Notes: generated from the letters alone by a model not told the origin. A DNA stretch of 46,844 nucleotides from Candidatus Brocadia sp. (GCA_046291035.1 JBKBTA010000001.1:1-46844); one strand, 5' to 3'; positions 1 to 9,967 are shown, counted from the first letter of the stretch. Numbers and translations: made by a program.

Positions 1-166
1 AAACTACTTTTACCATAAATGGAGGGCTTTTTCTATTCAGGTCTCTTGTTTTCTACTCTACAAAATTTTTATCTACGGTTTATTCTTTACAAGCTTGTCC
101 TCGTAAAAACGGTGAATAGGTCAAGTTTTAAAAAGAATTACTGAAACCACATGTTTCAAATGTTTT

Positions 167-688
167 TTATTGGTCTGAGGTCTTACCTCGCTGGTCTTCA
201 TCCAATGATACTATTGTTGAAAGGTCAATAATCTCAGCATGAGATGTTTCAAGGTCAAGCACAGCAACAGTGCTCTTTCCGTATAGCCACGCTCCGCACT
301 CACCAGGGTTTATATATACGGGACTCCCCGTTTTAATCTCCGGTATATGCGTATGAGCACTGATAATGATATCCGTATTTATCACCGATCTCTTTGAAAG
401 ACTCTCCATCATGTGGGTCACAATAATATGTTTACCATTTAAAAGAAGATCGTAGGGTGGTTCATGGATGTTATTGCAAATATTCTTCAATCCCTTTCTT
501 TCACCATCGTTATTCCCGAATACCCCGATAAACTTTGCCTTTAGCTTCATTAGTTCTTTTAGGGAAAATGGGGCAACATAATCCCCGGCGTGGATGACAT
601 ACTTCAGATCCTGTGTATTAAAAAAACAAACGGCCTTTTGAATAGCATGGATATTATCATGAGTATCCGCAATGATCCCAATCTTCAT
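167..688 (-). CDS. Metallophosphoesterase, YfcE/MJ0936 family
   Basis: Calcineurin-like motifs IADTHDN, HAGD, GNND, AHTH, NPGE. Confidence 0.85.
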   Translation of the reverse strand: MKIGIIADTHDNIHAIQKAVCFFNTQDLKYVIHAGDYVAPFSLKELMKLKAKFIGVFGNNDGERKGLKNICNNIHEPPYDLLLNGKHIIVTHMMESLSKRSVINTDIIISAHTHIPEIKTGSPVYINPGECGAWLYGKSTVAVLDLETSHAEIIDLSTIVSLDEDQRGKTSDQ

Positions 689-757
689 AGAAGTTGCCTA
701 GCGCTATCGTCTAAAATTACACCCTTGCGGCAGAACGACGCACTATAAAAAGATATA

Positions 758-850
758 TGGCGGAGAGGCCGGGATTCGAACCCGGGGTAGAGATTTTGTC
801 CCTACAACGGTTTAGCAAACCGTCGCTTTCAGCCACTCAGCCACCTCTCC
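758..850 (-). tRNA. tRNA-Ser(GCT)
   Basis: Reverse complement GGAGAGGTGGCTGAGTGG...ACGGT-TTGCTAA-ACCGT, long variable arm, GGTTCGAATCC, ends CTCTCCGCCA. Confidence 0.96.
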
Positions 851-893
851 ATTATTTGGGTTTTTATGTAGAAATATTTTTTTAAAATAAAAT

Positions 894-935
894 AACCACG
901 GATATCCTTACTGTATTTAAGGGATATTCGTGGTT
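894..935. other. Imperfect hairpin between the two tRNA genes (terminator or processing signal)
   Basis: AACCACGGATATCCTTA / TAAGGGATATTCGTGGTT inverted repeat flanked by A/T runs. Confidence 0.4.
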
Positions 936-999
936 TTATGAATTTATTTTAGCTGTACCATACACAATAAAGTAGCAGGGGCACAGATGATAAAACACA

Positions 1000-1089
1000 T
1001 GGCGGAGGGAGTAGGATTCGAACCCACGGGAGACTTTCGCCTCCAGCAGTTTTCAAGACTGCCGCCATAGTCCACTCGGCCATCCCTCC
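1000..1089 (-). tRNA. tRNA-Ser(TGA)
   Basis: Reverse complement GGAGGGATGGCCGAGTGG...GCAGT-CTTGAAA-ACTGC, long variable arm, GGTTCGAATCC, ends CCCTCCGCCA. Confidence 0.96.
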
Positions 1090-1118
1090 TCATTTTCCTG
1101 AGCCTTGCGGAAAAAGAT

Positions 1119-1526
1119 TTAAAACGCGTCTTCTGATTTACAAACTTCTGCTAAAACCTTTTTGGCCACAAAGATTGGTGTGTTCCTTTGCATTGCAAGT
1201 GCAATAGCATCGCTGGGTCTGGAATCAATCTCCACGGTTGAACCGTTTTGCTGTAATATAATCTTTGCGTAAAAGGTATTATTCCTCAGATCATTTATAA
1301 CGATTCTTTCAACTCCGGCATTCAAACCTTCAATGATGTTACTGATCAGGTCATGCGTCAAAGGACGTGGAGTGGTAATCCCTTTCACTGCACGGTCAAT
1401 TGCCCATGCCTCATGGAGTCCAATGACAATTGGAAAGCTTCGTTGTCCTTCCTTTTCCTTTAGGACAATAATCTGATGATCGCTTGTCTCCGTAATGATA
1501 ATCTTTGAGAGTTCCATAAGAACCAT
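1119..1526 (-). CDS. Bifunctional nuclease family protein (DUF151/BFN)
   Basis: FPIVIG..EA, PRPLTHDL, FYAKI, IDSRPSDAIALA motifs. Confidence 0.9.
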   Translation of the reverse strand: MVLMELSKIIITETSDHQIIVLKEKEGQRSFPIVIGLHEAWAIDRAVKGITTPRPLTHDLISNIIEGLNAGVERIVINDLRNNTFYAKIILQQNGSTVEIDSRPSDAIALAMQRNTPIFVAKKVLAEVCKSEDAF

Positions 1527-1608
1527 ATACCAATCCCTTCATTCAAGCGATAACCCTATACATGCTATAGCTATTTTGTTATTTCGCACATTGACCAAAC
1601 TAACCAAA

Positions 1609-1636
1609 ATTGTAGCACATCGACCCCTTTTGTCAA
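1609..1636 (-). promoter_or_regulatory. Sigma70-type promoter for the DUF151 gene and tRNAs
   Basis: TTGACA-16 bp-TACAAT on the minus strand. Confidence 0.6.
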
Positions 1637-1694
1637 ATGTTTTTTGGTCTAAAACACTTCATTATCTACGCCCTTCTGAGTTTTTGAAACTTTA

Positions 1695-1723
1695 TTGACA
1701 CCCCGCAGATTGGCTGCTATACT
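1695..1723 (+). promoter_or_regulatory. Sigma70-type promoter, divergent from the previous one
   Basis: TTGACA-17 bp-TATACT. Confidence 0.7.
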
Positions 1724-1769
1724 AACTTCACTCCTTTGCAAACCCCTTTTGAATCCTTGTTTTACCAAA

Positions 1770-2020
1770 ATGTTGATAATGAAATATATTATCATTCTTG
1801 GCGCCTTTCTGGGTTTAACGGAATTTCTGCCGTAAGCAGTTCATGTTACCTCTTAATCTTAAAAATCCGGGTAAAAAATTTATCATGGTCTCTCAGGCAT
1901 TGGCCGTAGGAAAGGTGCAGGGTATTGCGATTACCCTTTGAATATCACGTTCTGGATCTACAATTTCTGCAGCGCGTATATGGGTATCGATCGTGAAACA
2001 TCTGTACGATATTCTTCCTG
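1770..2020 (+). pseudogene. uppP: Undecaprenyl-diphosphate phosphatase remnant
   Basis: Hand translation: MLIMKYIIILGAFLGLTEFLP then frameshift/stop; ALAVGKVQGIAITL*ISRSGSTISAA; GIDRETSVRYS. These match the BacA/UppP motifs GLTEFLPVSS, PGISRSGST and DRE.AARFS; most of the gene is deleted. Confidence 0.8.
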
Positions 2021-2038
2021 GCAATACAGTTTGTGTAA

Positions 2039-2746
2039 ATGAAATCGTATTTCTATCGTTCAAAGAGCCTGGCCAATAGCTTTTTATTTATCCTGCCCTT
2101 GCTAATTCTTTACGAAGTGGGGATTGCAATGCTGGGGTCAAGCATCAAAAACGCTGCCGATGTTGTCATTAAAACCCCCCTGGCTTTATTTGGCAAAAAC
2201 GGCTCTTTGATATTTAACTCGCTGGTCATTGCTTTTTTGTTTACATCCGTATTTTATATAGAAAAAGAATATCGCTTTAACTCTCTGATATTTATCCCGA
2301 TGTTTATGGAAAGCATGGCCTACTCCCTTTTTATGGGCTATGCACTTGGATCCATTGTTTATAAGGTATTATTCCCTTGTGTACTCGCAAAACCTTTTTC
2401 CACAAGTATATGGATGGAGATTATCCTTTCCGTTGGTGCAGGGGTTTATGAGGAGATTGTATTTCGACTCCTTCTCCTGACGGTATTATATTACCTATTT
2501 GTGACCCTGTTAAAAATCAACAAACCCAGCGGTGCAATAATAAGTATCATTCTGGGAGCCCTCATGTTTACCAGCATGCACTATGTGGGGACTATAAGTG
2601 ACAGCTTTACGTATGCCAATTTTACGTTCCGATTGTTAGCGGGGATATTTTTATCAGCTATCTTTATGTTTCGGGGATTAGGTATTGCTGTTTATACACA
2701 TGCTATTTACGACGTGCTTTCAGTGTTAAAGCCTTTTCACGTTTAA
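2039..2746 (+). CDS. CPBP/Abi (CAAX-type) intramembrane glutamic endopeptidase
   Basis: Multi-TM protein with EEIVFR, F...HY and HAIYD motifs. Confidence 0.85.
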   Translation: MKSYFYRSKSLANSFLFILPLLILYEVGIAMLGSSIKNAADVVIKTPLALFGKNGSLIFNSLVIAFLFTSVFYIEKEYRFNSLIFIPMFMESMAYSLFMGYALGSIVYKVLFPCVLAKPFSTSIWMEIILSVGAGVYEEIVFRLLLLTVLYYLFVTLLKINKPSGAIISIILGALMFTSMHYVGTISDSFTYANFTFRLLAGIFLSAIFMFRGLGIAVYTHAIYDVLSVLKPFHV

Positions 2747-2756
2747 GGGGGTTTGT

Positions 2757-3371
2757 GTGGAAAACATTATTGTCGGCATTACCGGGGCAAGTGGGGTCAT
2801 CTATGGACAGCGTCTCCTGCAAATCCTTTGCAGAAAGGAATACAATATCCACCTGTCCATATCGGATGCCGCAGCATTGGTTATTAAGCATGAATTAGGA
2901 GTTGATCTGGACCGCAACCGCCCGGATCTTGTGCAATTTTTGGGTTACACTACGGACAATATTATTTACTATAATAACTCGGTTATTACTGCGACTATTG
3001 CCAGCAGTCGATACCCCATCAAGGCAATGATCATTGTACCATGCAGTATGAATACCCTGTGCTCCATTGCCCATGGTATTTCAAACAATCTCATTCAACG
3101 GGCAGCAAGTGTAACCATTAAAGAAAGCAGAAAACTTGTGGTGGTGCCGCGTGAAACACCATTATCTTCCATTCATCTGGAAGCTATGCTAAAATTATCT
3201 TCCATAGGGGCATGCATCTTGCCGGCCACGCCTGGATTTTATCATAACCCAAAAACTATAGATGATCAGGTGAACTTTGTTGTGGCTAAGATACTGGATG
3301 TATTGGCTATAAAACATACCCTGATCCCTGAATGGCATGGTGAAGAATTGTATCATGCAACTGATGTGTAA
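2757..3371 (+). CDS. ubiX: Flavin prenyltransferase UbiX
   Basis: IIVGITGASG, IVPCSMNTL, RAA...KE.RKLVVVPRETP, PGFYHNP. Confidence 0.93.
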   Translation: MENIIVGITGASGVIYGQRLLQILCRKEYNIHLSISDAAALVIKHELGVDLDRNRPDLVQFLGYTTDNIIYYNNSVITATIASSRYPIKAMIIVPCSMNTLCSIAHGISNNLIQRAASVTIKESRKLVVVPRETPLSSIHLEAMLKLSSIGACILPATPGFYHNPKTIDDQVNFVVAKILDVLAIKHTLIPEWHGEELYHATDV

Positions 3372-3378
3372 ACCTTAA

Positions 3379-3460
3379 GGTAGGAGCCGTCTCCTGACGG
3401 CGACCGGCATTCCATAGCGGAATGCAAGTGCCCGGTCGCCAACGGGAGTTGGCTTCTACC
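3379..3460. repeat. GTAG-type REP doublet (REPIN-like), copy 1
   Basis: GGTAGGAGCCGTCTCCTGACGGCGACC ... GGTCGCCAACGGGAGTTGGCTTCTACC; related copy at 46072-46155. Confidence 0.7.
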
Positions 3461-3536
3461 AAAAATTTGAAATTCCTTGACATGCATTTAACATTGACTA
3501 TATGCAGAAAACTACCCGCTTAAGGTTTGTTGTGCT

Positions 3537-3824
3537 ATGGAAATTGACAAATTCCAAAAACTTATTGAAGAGACCTATTTAAAAAAAGACGCTCAACGCG
3601 GTTTGTCCAAGACCTTTATGTGGTTTGCCGAAGAAGTGGGGGAACTTTCGCGTGCATTGAGGGAAAACAATAAAGAAGAGATGAAAAAAGAATTTGCCGA
3701 TGTACTTGCGTGGCTCTTTGCCCTGGCAAGCCTATCGGGTATTAAGATGGAAGAAACAATTAGTAAATACACCGCAGGATGTCCCGTTTGCAAAGGAATA
3801 CCTTGTATTTGTGAAGAAAAGTAG
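3537..3824 (+). CDS. MazG-like nucleotide pyrophosphohydrolase with Cys-rich tail
   Basis: WFAEEVGEL...EFADVLAW motif; C-terminal CPVC...CIC. Confidence 0.85.
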   Translation: MEIDKFQKLIEETYLKKDAQRGLSKTFMWFAEEVGELSRALRENNKEEMKKEFADVLAWLFALASLSGIKMEETISKYTAGCPVCKGIPCICEEK

Positions 3825-3837
3825 GTAGAGAGGATTT

Positions 3838-4923
3838 ATGACAGATATACAACATGACAATATACCACCAAGGGCTGGATGGCAACCCGTGTGCATCAAA
3901 AAAAGCAGGGGCGCTGGTTTCTGGGTTGCCGTCGGACTAGCCTCATTCTTTTTCTTATGTACGCTTTTGTTATTCATGCTCTTTATCGGTTCTCTTGTCC
4001 TCAGCAAGGCACTCATCACGAGTGCCGCGGCTAAAGGTAAGAAACAGGTTGCCGAAACCGTTATCGAGGGGAGCGGAGAGAGCAAGGTTGCCATAATTCC
4101 CATTAAGGGCATATTGAGTAATGAATCGGCAGAGGGTCTATTTCTAGAGAAACCCAGCATTGTAGAGGTCGTGAAACAGCAATTGGAACAAGCCGCTGAT
4201 GATGTTCATGTAAAAGCCATTCTGTTAGAAGTAGATAGCCCCGGTGGCGGTATCACGGCTAGCGACATTATCTACAATCAGATTATAAAATTCAAGGCCG
4301 TGACACAAAAAAAGGTTGTCGTCTATATGCAGGACATTGCGGCCTCCGGCGGATACTATGTCTCCTCAGCGGCTGATGCCATTGTTGCGCATCCTACAAC
4401 AATCACTGGGAGTATCGGGGTAATTATGCCGTTAATCAATGTGGCAGAACTTATCAATCGGTATGGCATAAAGGATAATTCCATCGCTTCTGGCAATCTC
4501 AAAGAGATCGGTTCCCCGCTGAAACAGATGACACCTGACGAAGCAGCCGTTTTAAAAGGTATTATCGATGAAATGTATATGCAATTCGTAAAAGTGGTCT
4601 CTACGGGAAGGAACCTGGATATCGAAGCGGTAAAAAAGATTGCCGACGGGAGAATCTATACCGGCAAACAGGCCCTCGAGAATGGATTAGTCGACCAATT
4701 AGGTTATCTGGAAGATGCCATTAGTTTAACGAAAAAAATGGCGGGACTTACCGAAGCAACCATCGTAAGATATGAAGAACATTACGGATTGGCTGACCTT
4801 TTTGGCTTGATGTCCAGAAAACTTTTCCAAGACAATACCATCAAGCTGGATATCTCTCAATTTCAGAATCAGGGTAATACCAAACCTATGTACCTTTGGA
4901 ATGGCTATTCCAGAATGGATTAG
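3838..4923 (+). CDS. sppA: Signal peptide peptidase SppA (S49)
   Basis: N-terminal TM; DSPGGG, AASGGYY, TGSIGV, DGRIYTG.QA...GLVD. Confidence 0.92.
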   Translation: MTDIQHDNIPPRAGWQPVCIKKSRGAGFWVAVGLASFFFLCTLLLFMLFIGSLVLSKALITSAAAKGKKQVAETVIEGSGESKVAIIPIKGILSNESAEGLFLEKPSIVEVVKQQLEQAADDVHVKAILLEVDSPGGGITASDIIYNQIIKFKAVTQKKVVVYMQDIAASGGYYVSSAADAIVAHPTTITGSIGVIMPLINVAELINRYGIKDNSIASGNLKEIGSPLKQMTPDEAAVLKGIIDEMYMQFVKVVSTGRNLDIEAVKKIADGRIYTGKQALENGLVDQLGYLEDAISLTKKMAGLTEATIVRYEEHYGLADLFGLMSRKLFQDNTIKLDISQFQNQGNTKPMYLWNGYSRMD

Positions 4924-5133
4924 TTTGCAAAATACAATACAGTATTATGCTAAAGGAATTGAGATTTACGGTTATGCTATCGCCAGAGCAAAAAGCAATC
5001 ATACCCAAAATAGAATTGCTGACATCGTAGTTTTAGCAGAAAGAGCTTACTGTACAAATCTTTTAATTATTGGCTATAAGATAAAAAAAATGAACTTTTT
5101 TCATTCTTTAACTTGCACCATTAAAAAGATTTT

Positions 5134-5682
5134 TTGGAATTTATTAAATTCTGGAGAAATTCTGTTGGCAAAAAGAATAATAATTTTACTTTCAACCATG
5201 CTGACTTATGGCACTCCTATTATAATCCAACAGGAAAGCATAAAACTGCTGAATATATTTTCCCTTACAATAATAATGTTTTTGACATTGTTTATTTAAA
5301 TTCAATTTTTACACATTTATTACCATCTGAAATATCACATTATCTGTCTGAAATCAAAAGAGTATTAAAACCAGGAGCAATCGTGCTCGCAACATACTTT
5401 ATAGTAAACAATGAATCACTGCTTTTAGACAACCAAGGATTGAGTAATAAAACCCTTGTCAAGCAAGGCCGTAAACTGTTGAACTATCAATATGACAACT
5501 ACTGGGCGAGGGATGCTGATGTTAATGAACGTTTAATTGGAATTGACGAAGAATGGTTGAAGAATATATATGGACAAAATAATTATGAAATTACTAATAT
5601 TGTATACGGGTCTTGGTGTGGACGAGAAGAAAATGCAGATAAAACCCTTCAAGATATTGTTGTTGCAAGAAAAAGACATTAA
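5134..5682 (+). pseudogene. Class I SAM methyltransferase, N-terminally truncated fragment
   Basis: YYNPTG, FPY....FDIVYLNSIFTHL, EIKRVLKPG, GSWCGR, LQDIVV are present; SAM-binding motif I is absent and an in-frame stop lies at 5122; AT-rich. Confidence 0.6.
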
Positions 5683-5713
5683 TTTAAACTTTTCAATACA
5701 TTTTTAACAATTT

Positions 5714-7159
5714 ATGGTTCGAGTTCGTTTTGCCCCTTCGCCTACAGGTCTTTTACATATCGGGAATGCACGCATTGCCGTTTTCAACTGGTTATTTGCA
5801 AGACGGCATAAAGGAGTTTTTATCTTGAGAATTGAAGATACGGATGTCGCCCGCTCTGAGAAAAGGTACATGTACCAACTTATCGAAGACCTGCACTGGC
5901 TGGGATTGGCCTGGCAGGAAGGGCCTGATGTGGGTGGTCAGTACGGCCCCTATTTACAGTCAGAACGTCTGCATATTTACAACGACATCTGCCAGAGATT
6001 TTTACAAGAAGGGCTTGCGTATCGTTGCTATTGTACCCCTGAAGAATTGGAAGAGCGGAGACAGATTGCCAGACAAACTGGAAGACCTCCGCGGTACGAT
6101 AATCGTTGTCGTAATTTAACAGACAAGCAAAAAAAGGCGTTTGAAACATCTGGGCTCAGTTTCACCATTCGTTTTAAAGTGCCAGAAGAGTTACTGGTAT
6201 TCGATGACCTGATTCGGGGGACGTGTCAATTTGATATGAGCCTGGTTGGAGATTTTGTGATTATGCGGTCAGATGGAACACCCTCGTTTCACTTTGCCGT
6301 TGCAGTGGATGATACCCTGATGCAGATTACCCACGTCATCCGCGGAGAAGACCATTTATCAAATACGCCGTGTCATATATTGCTTTTTAACGCATTGAAT
6401 CGAAAACCTCCGCAATTTGCCCATCTTTCACTTACCATGGGGACAGATCGCACCTTATTGAGCAAGCGGCACGGGGCTTTTTCTCTTTCGGAATACCGGA
6501 AATTGGGTTATTTACCGGAGGCGCTCCTAAACTATATGATACTCCTGGGCTGGGCGCCCAGGGACAAGAAGGAGAAGTTTAAGATCGACGATATCATTGA
6601 TACATTTGAGATAGGCGCTATGAGTAAGGCGTCCTCTGTGTTCGATCAGCAAAAATTGGATTGGTTAAGCGGTCAATATATCCGTGAAGCAGATTTAGAA
6701 AGGCTTACAAACCTGGCGATACCTTACCTGCAAGCCTCTGGTTTCATTTCTACAGATGAAAACAAAATCGATAGAGCTAAATTGAGATTGATGGTCGATG
6801 CACTGAGAAATAACATATCTTGTATGTCCCAAATTGTTCAGGAGGCGGATATCTTTTTCAAGGATGCTGTTGTAAGTGAAAAACATGTTGAATTTTTATC
6901 GTCGGAGATATCACAATCGGTCCTTTTGTCCTTTTACAGGGAACTCCAAAAAATTGGCACCCTGTCTCCTGAAATTTTTAAAGAAGCCTTAAAGGCTGCG
7001 CAAAAAGAAACAAAAGTAAATGGCAAAGGGCTTTATATGCCTATTCGTATTGCATTAACCGGTAGAGAACATGGACCAGAACTGTATAGTATTGTCAATA
7101 TTTTAGGTATTAATACGTGCTCTAAAAGGATCGAACGGTTTCTTTTGGTGAAAAAGTAA
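5714..7159 (+). CDS. gltX: Glutamate--tRNA ligase
   Basis: VRVRFAPSPTGLLHIGN, LRIEDTD, THVIRGEDH, LSKR, LRIALTG-like anticodon-domain motif. Confidence 0.96.
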   Translation: MVRVRFAPSPTGLLHIGNARIAVFNWLFARRHKGVFILRIEDTDVARSEKRYMYQLIEDLHWLGLAWQEGPDVGGQYGPYLQSERLHIYNDICQRFLQEGLAYRCYCTPEELEERRQIARQTGRPPRYDNRCRNLTDKQKKAFETSGLSFTIRFKVPEELLVFDDLIRGTCQFDMSLVGDFVIMRSDGTPSFHFAVAVDDTLMQITHVIRGEDHLSNTPCHILLFNALNRKPPQFAHLSLTMGTDRTLLSKRHGAFSLSEYRKLGYLPEALLNYMILLGWAPRDKKEKFKIDDIIDTFEIGAMSKASSVFDQQKLDWLSGQYIREADLERLTNLAIPYLQASGFISTDENKIDRAKLRLMVDALRNNISCMSQIVQEADIFFKDAVVSEKHVEFLSSEISQSVLLSFYRELQKIGTLSPEIFKEALKAAQKETKVNGKGLYMPIRIALTGREHGPELYSIVNILGINTCSKRIERFLLVKK

Positions 7160-7215
7160 CTATTCTGACGTCATAACTGTTCATCCGAATAAATCATTTG
7201 GTGAGGAGTTTTATT

Positions 7216-7773
7216 ATGGCACAAATCGTTGTAGAAAAAGAAACAAAAAAATATACCTACGAGGATTATTGCAAAATCTCAGACGACATGAGGTATGAAC
7301 TTATCAATGGAGAATTACTTATGACGCCGTCTCCGATTACAAATCATCAAAGGATTTCAAGAAGGCTTGAATTTATCCTTGAAAAATTTATAACGGAAAA
7401 TAAACTCGGCGAGCTCTTTTATGCGCCATATGATGTGTATTTTGATAATGAAAATGTAGTTCAACCTGACTTACTATTCATCTCAAAGGACAGGCTCCAT
7501 ATTATCGGTGAAAAGAATGTCCAGGGCGCACCTGACCTCGTAATAGAAATAATTTCGGAGAATAGCGCATACAGGGACATGGTGCAGAAAAAGAAACTGT
7601 ATGCAAAATTTGGTATAAAGGAATACTGGATAGTAATTCCGGAAGGTGAGGAAATAGAGATTTACACCCTGAAGGATAATACCTATCAACTGTATAAGAC
7701 ATACAGCAAAGACAGTACCCTCGAATCCCCCTTGCTAAATGGCTTAAAAATAGGATTGATGGATATATTTTAA
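7216..7773 (+). CDS. Uma2 family (DUF820) restriction-endonuclease-like protein
   Basis: YTYEDY, RYELINGEL, VVQPDL, GAPDLVIEIIS, KKKLYA..GIKEYWIV; ATG at 7216 follows a GAGGAG RBS. Confidence 0.92.
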   Translation: MAQIVVEKETKKYTYEDYCKISDDMRYELINGELLMTPSPITNHQRISRRLEFILEKFITENKLGELFYAPYDVYFDNENVVQPDLLFISKDRLHIIGEKNVQGAPDLVIEIISENSAYRDMVQKKKLYAKFGIKEYWIVIPEGEEIEIYTLKDNTYQLYKTYSKDSTLESPLLNGLKIGLMDIF

Positions 7774-7843
7774 TGTGGTGAACTTTTACATTCTTTTGAT
7801 ACACGATATACTTAAAATATTTGGGATATAGCAAAATTAAACC

Positions 7844-9304
7844 ATGACACTGAAATTTTACAATTCTTTAACGAAAAAAAAAGAAGTCTTTACCCCTTTG
7901 CATGAAGGTTACGTTAGTATGTATGTGTGTGGTCCTACGGTGTATGATCATCCTCATCTTGGACACGCCAAGAGTTACGTTAGTTTTGACGTGATTGTCC
8001 GTTATCTTCGATACCTGGGTTACAAAGTACGTTACGTGCAGAACATTACCGACGTTGGCCATCTGACAGACAACGCCGATACTGGTGAAGACAAGATACT
8101 GAAACGTGCCCAGCTAGAACGCATACAACCTGCCGAACTTGTCGAAATATACACTCGAAGCTATTTCGAGGACATGGATGCTCTAAACAACTTAAGGCCT
8201 GATATCTCACCACGGGCGACTGCACATATCCCTGAACAAATTGAGCTTGTAGAAAGATTAATTGAAAAAGGATACGCCTATGTAGTAAACGGTTCTGTTT
8301 ACTTTGATGTCAGCAAATTTAAAGAATATGGAAAACTCTCCGGAAGAAAACTGGAAGAGCTTGAGGCAGGCGCCAGAATAGAAATCAATCCTGAAAAAAG
8401 AAATCCTTCCGATTTTGCGCTCTGGAAGAGGGCCGAACCCGGTCACATTATGCGGTGGAAAAGTCCATGGGGAGAAGGTTTTCCTGGCTGGCACCTTGAA
8501 TGTTCCGCCATGTCGATGAAGTACCTGGGACAGACGCTGGACATTCACGGGGGTGGACTGGAAAACACCTTTCCACATCACGAATGTGAAATTGCGCAGA
8601 GCGAGGCAGCAAACGATTTACCATTTGTACGGTACTGGATTCACAATAACATGGTTACCGTGAATGGGCAAAAGATGGGAAAATCCCTTGGTAACTTTAT
8701 TACCCTCAAGGATGCCTTCAAGAGTTACCACCCGTTAACGATAAGGTTCTTTATCCTCACTTCACATTACCGCAGTCCCCTTGACTATAGCAACGAAGCG
8801 CTGAACGCGGCAAATAAGGGTCTTGAACGCCTGCACAATACCGTCAAAGGTCTGCGGGAGCGGATAACTGATGCAAAGGATGGTTTTGTGCCTGGAGAAA
8901 TCTATGAAAAATTGGAACATTATAAAAAGACATTCCTTGATGCAATGGACGAAGACATCAATACCCCCGGCGCTATTGCCGTCCTTTTTGACCTATCAAA
9001 AGAGGTAAATACCTTATTAAATTCTGGCCAGGAGATAAGCAAAAAATGCCTGGAAGATATTGATAAATTGTATCAGGAACTCGGCGGCAATATCCTGGGT
9101 ATTATCCCCAAAACCTTCGAATCCGTAAAAAGAGTCGAAACAGACGTTCTAAATAACGTTATACAGATACTGATTGACACCCGCAATGAACTTCGGAAGG
9201 CAAAACAGTGGCAATTGTCTGACTTCATCCGCAGTAAACTCTCAGAAATAGGTATCGCCCTCGATGACAAACCAGATGGGACCACATGGAAAAAAATAAA
9301 GTAA
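7844..9304 (+). CDS. cysS: Cysteine--tRNA ligase
   Basis: YVCGPTVY, HLGH, GFPGWHLECSAM, DIHGGG, KMGKS. Confidence 0.97.
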   Translation: MTLKFYNSLTKKKEVFTPLHEGYVSMYVCGPTVYDHPHLGHAKSYVSFDVIVRYLRYLGYKVRYVQNITDVGHLTDNADTGEDKILKRAQLERIQPAELVEIYTRSYFEDMDALNNLRPDISPRATAHIPEQIELVERLIEKGYAYVVNGSVYFDVSKFKEYGKLSGRKLEELEAGARIEINPEKRNPSDFALWKRAEPGHIMRWKSPWGEGFPGWHLECSAMSMKYLGQTLDIHGGGLENTFPHHECEIAQSEAANDLPFVRYWIHNNMVTVNGQKMGKSLGNFITLKDAFKSYHPLTIRFFILTSHYRSPLDYSNEALNAANKGLERLHNTVKGLRERITDAKDGFVPGEIYEKLEHYKKTFLDAMDEDINTPGAIAVLFDLSKEVNTLLNSGQEISKKCLEDIDKLYQELGGNILGIIPKTFESVKRVETDVLNNVIQILIDTRNELRKAKQWQLSDFIRSKLSEIGIALDDKPDGTTWKKIK

Positions 9305-9313
9305 GGGAAAAAT

Positions 9314-9967
9314 ATGATTACACTGAAACAGGTAAAAAACCATCCGGACGTTAAAGTATACATTAAAAAGGCGAATGATTTTCTGGGTGTGATCGGTTAC
9401 ACAGAACATGGGGAACGTCATGGAAATTATGTGGCTAAGAATGCACGAAAAATTCTCGAAGAACTCGGATACGACGCAAACACTTGTGAACTCGCGGCCA
9501 TTGCCGGGTATATTCATGACATCGGAAACGTGGTTAGTCGCCATTCGCATCCGGAGCATAGTGCTCACCTAGCCAGTCAATTCCTAAAAGAACTAAACAT
9601 GCCTGTACAAGACCGGGTTCTCGTTATGAGTGCGGTAGGAAATCACGATGAAGGCGCTTGTGATATTGTAAGCCCGGTATCAGCCGCACTCATCCTTGCC
9701 GATAAATCTGATGTCCATCGATCGAGGGTGCGAAGTCTAAAGGAGATTAAATTTGATATCCACGACCGGGTCAATTATGCCGTAACAAAATCCAAGCTTC
9801 ACATGAATGCCCATGAAAAGACAATCACTCTCGTACTCGATATTGACAAGGAAATCTCCGATATGGTGGAGTATTTTGAGATCTTTACCGCCCGCATGGT
9901 TGCCTGTCGTCGCGCCGCTAGACTTCTTGAGTGTACGTTTGACTTAAAGGTAAATGGTGCTTCGTAG
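9314..9967 (+). CDS. HD-domain phosphohydrolase
   Basis: GYTEHG.RH, YIHDIGN, NHDE, ILADKSDV, DIHDRVNYAV. Confidence 0.85.
   Translation: MITLKQVKNHPDVKVYIKKANDFLGVIGYTEHGERHGNYVAKNARKILEELGYDANTCELAAIAGYIHDIGNVVSRHSHPEHSAHLASQFLKELNMPVQDRVLVMSAVGNHDEGACDIVSPVSAALILADKSDVHRSRVRSLKEIKFDIHDRVNYAVTKSKLHMNAHEKTITLVLDIDKEISDMVEYFEIFTARMVACRRAARLLECTFDLKVNGAS

Noticed and set aside
1-16. Possible minus-strand gene start (MVKVV) at the window edge
   Set aside because: Too short, and no RBS to support it
1000-1089. Possible selenocysteine or suppressor tRNA
   Set aside because: The anticodon is UGA (reads UCA, Ser), not UCA; the acceptor stem is the normal 7 bp
4901-5299. 132-aa ORF overlapping sppA and the methyltransferase fragment
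   Set aside because: No recognisable motif; AT-rich and overlaps two better-supported frames
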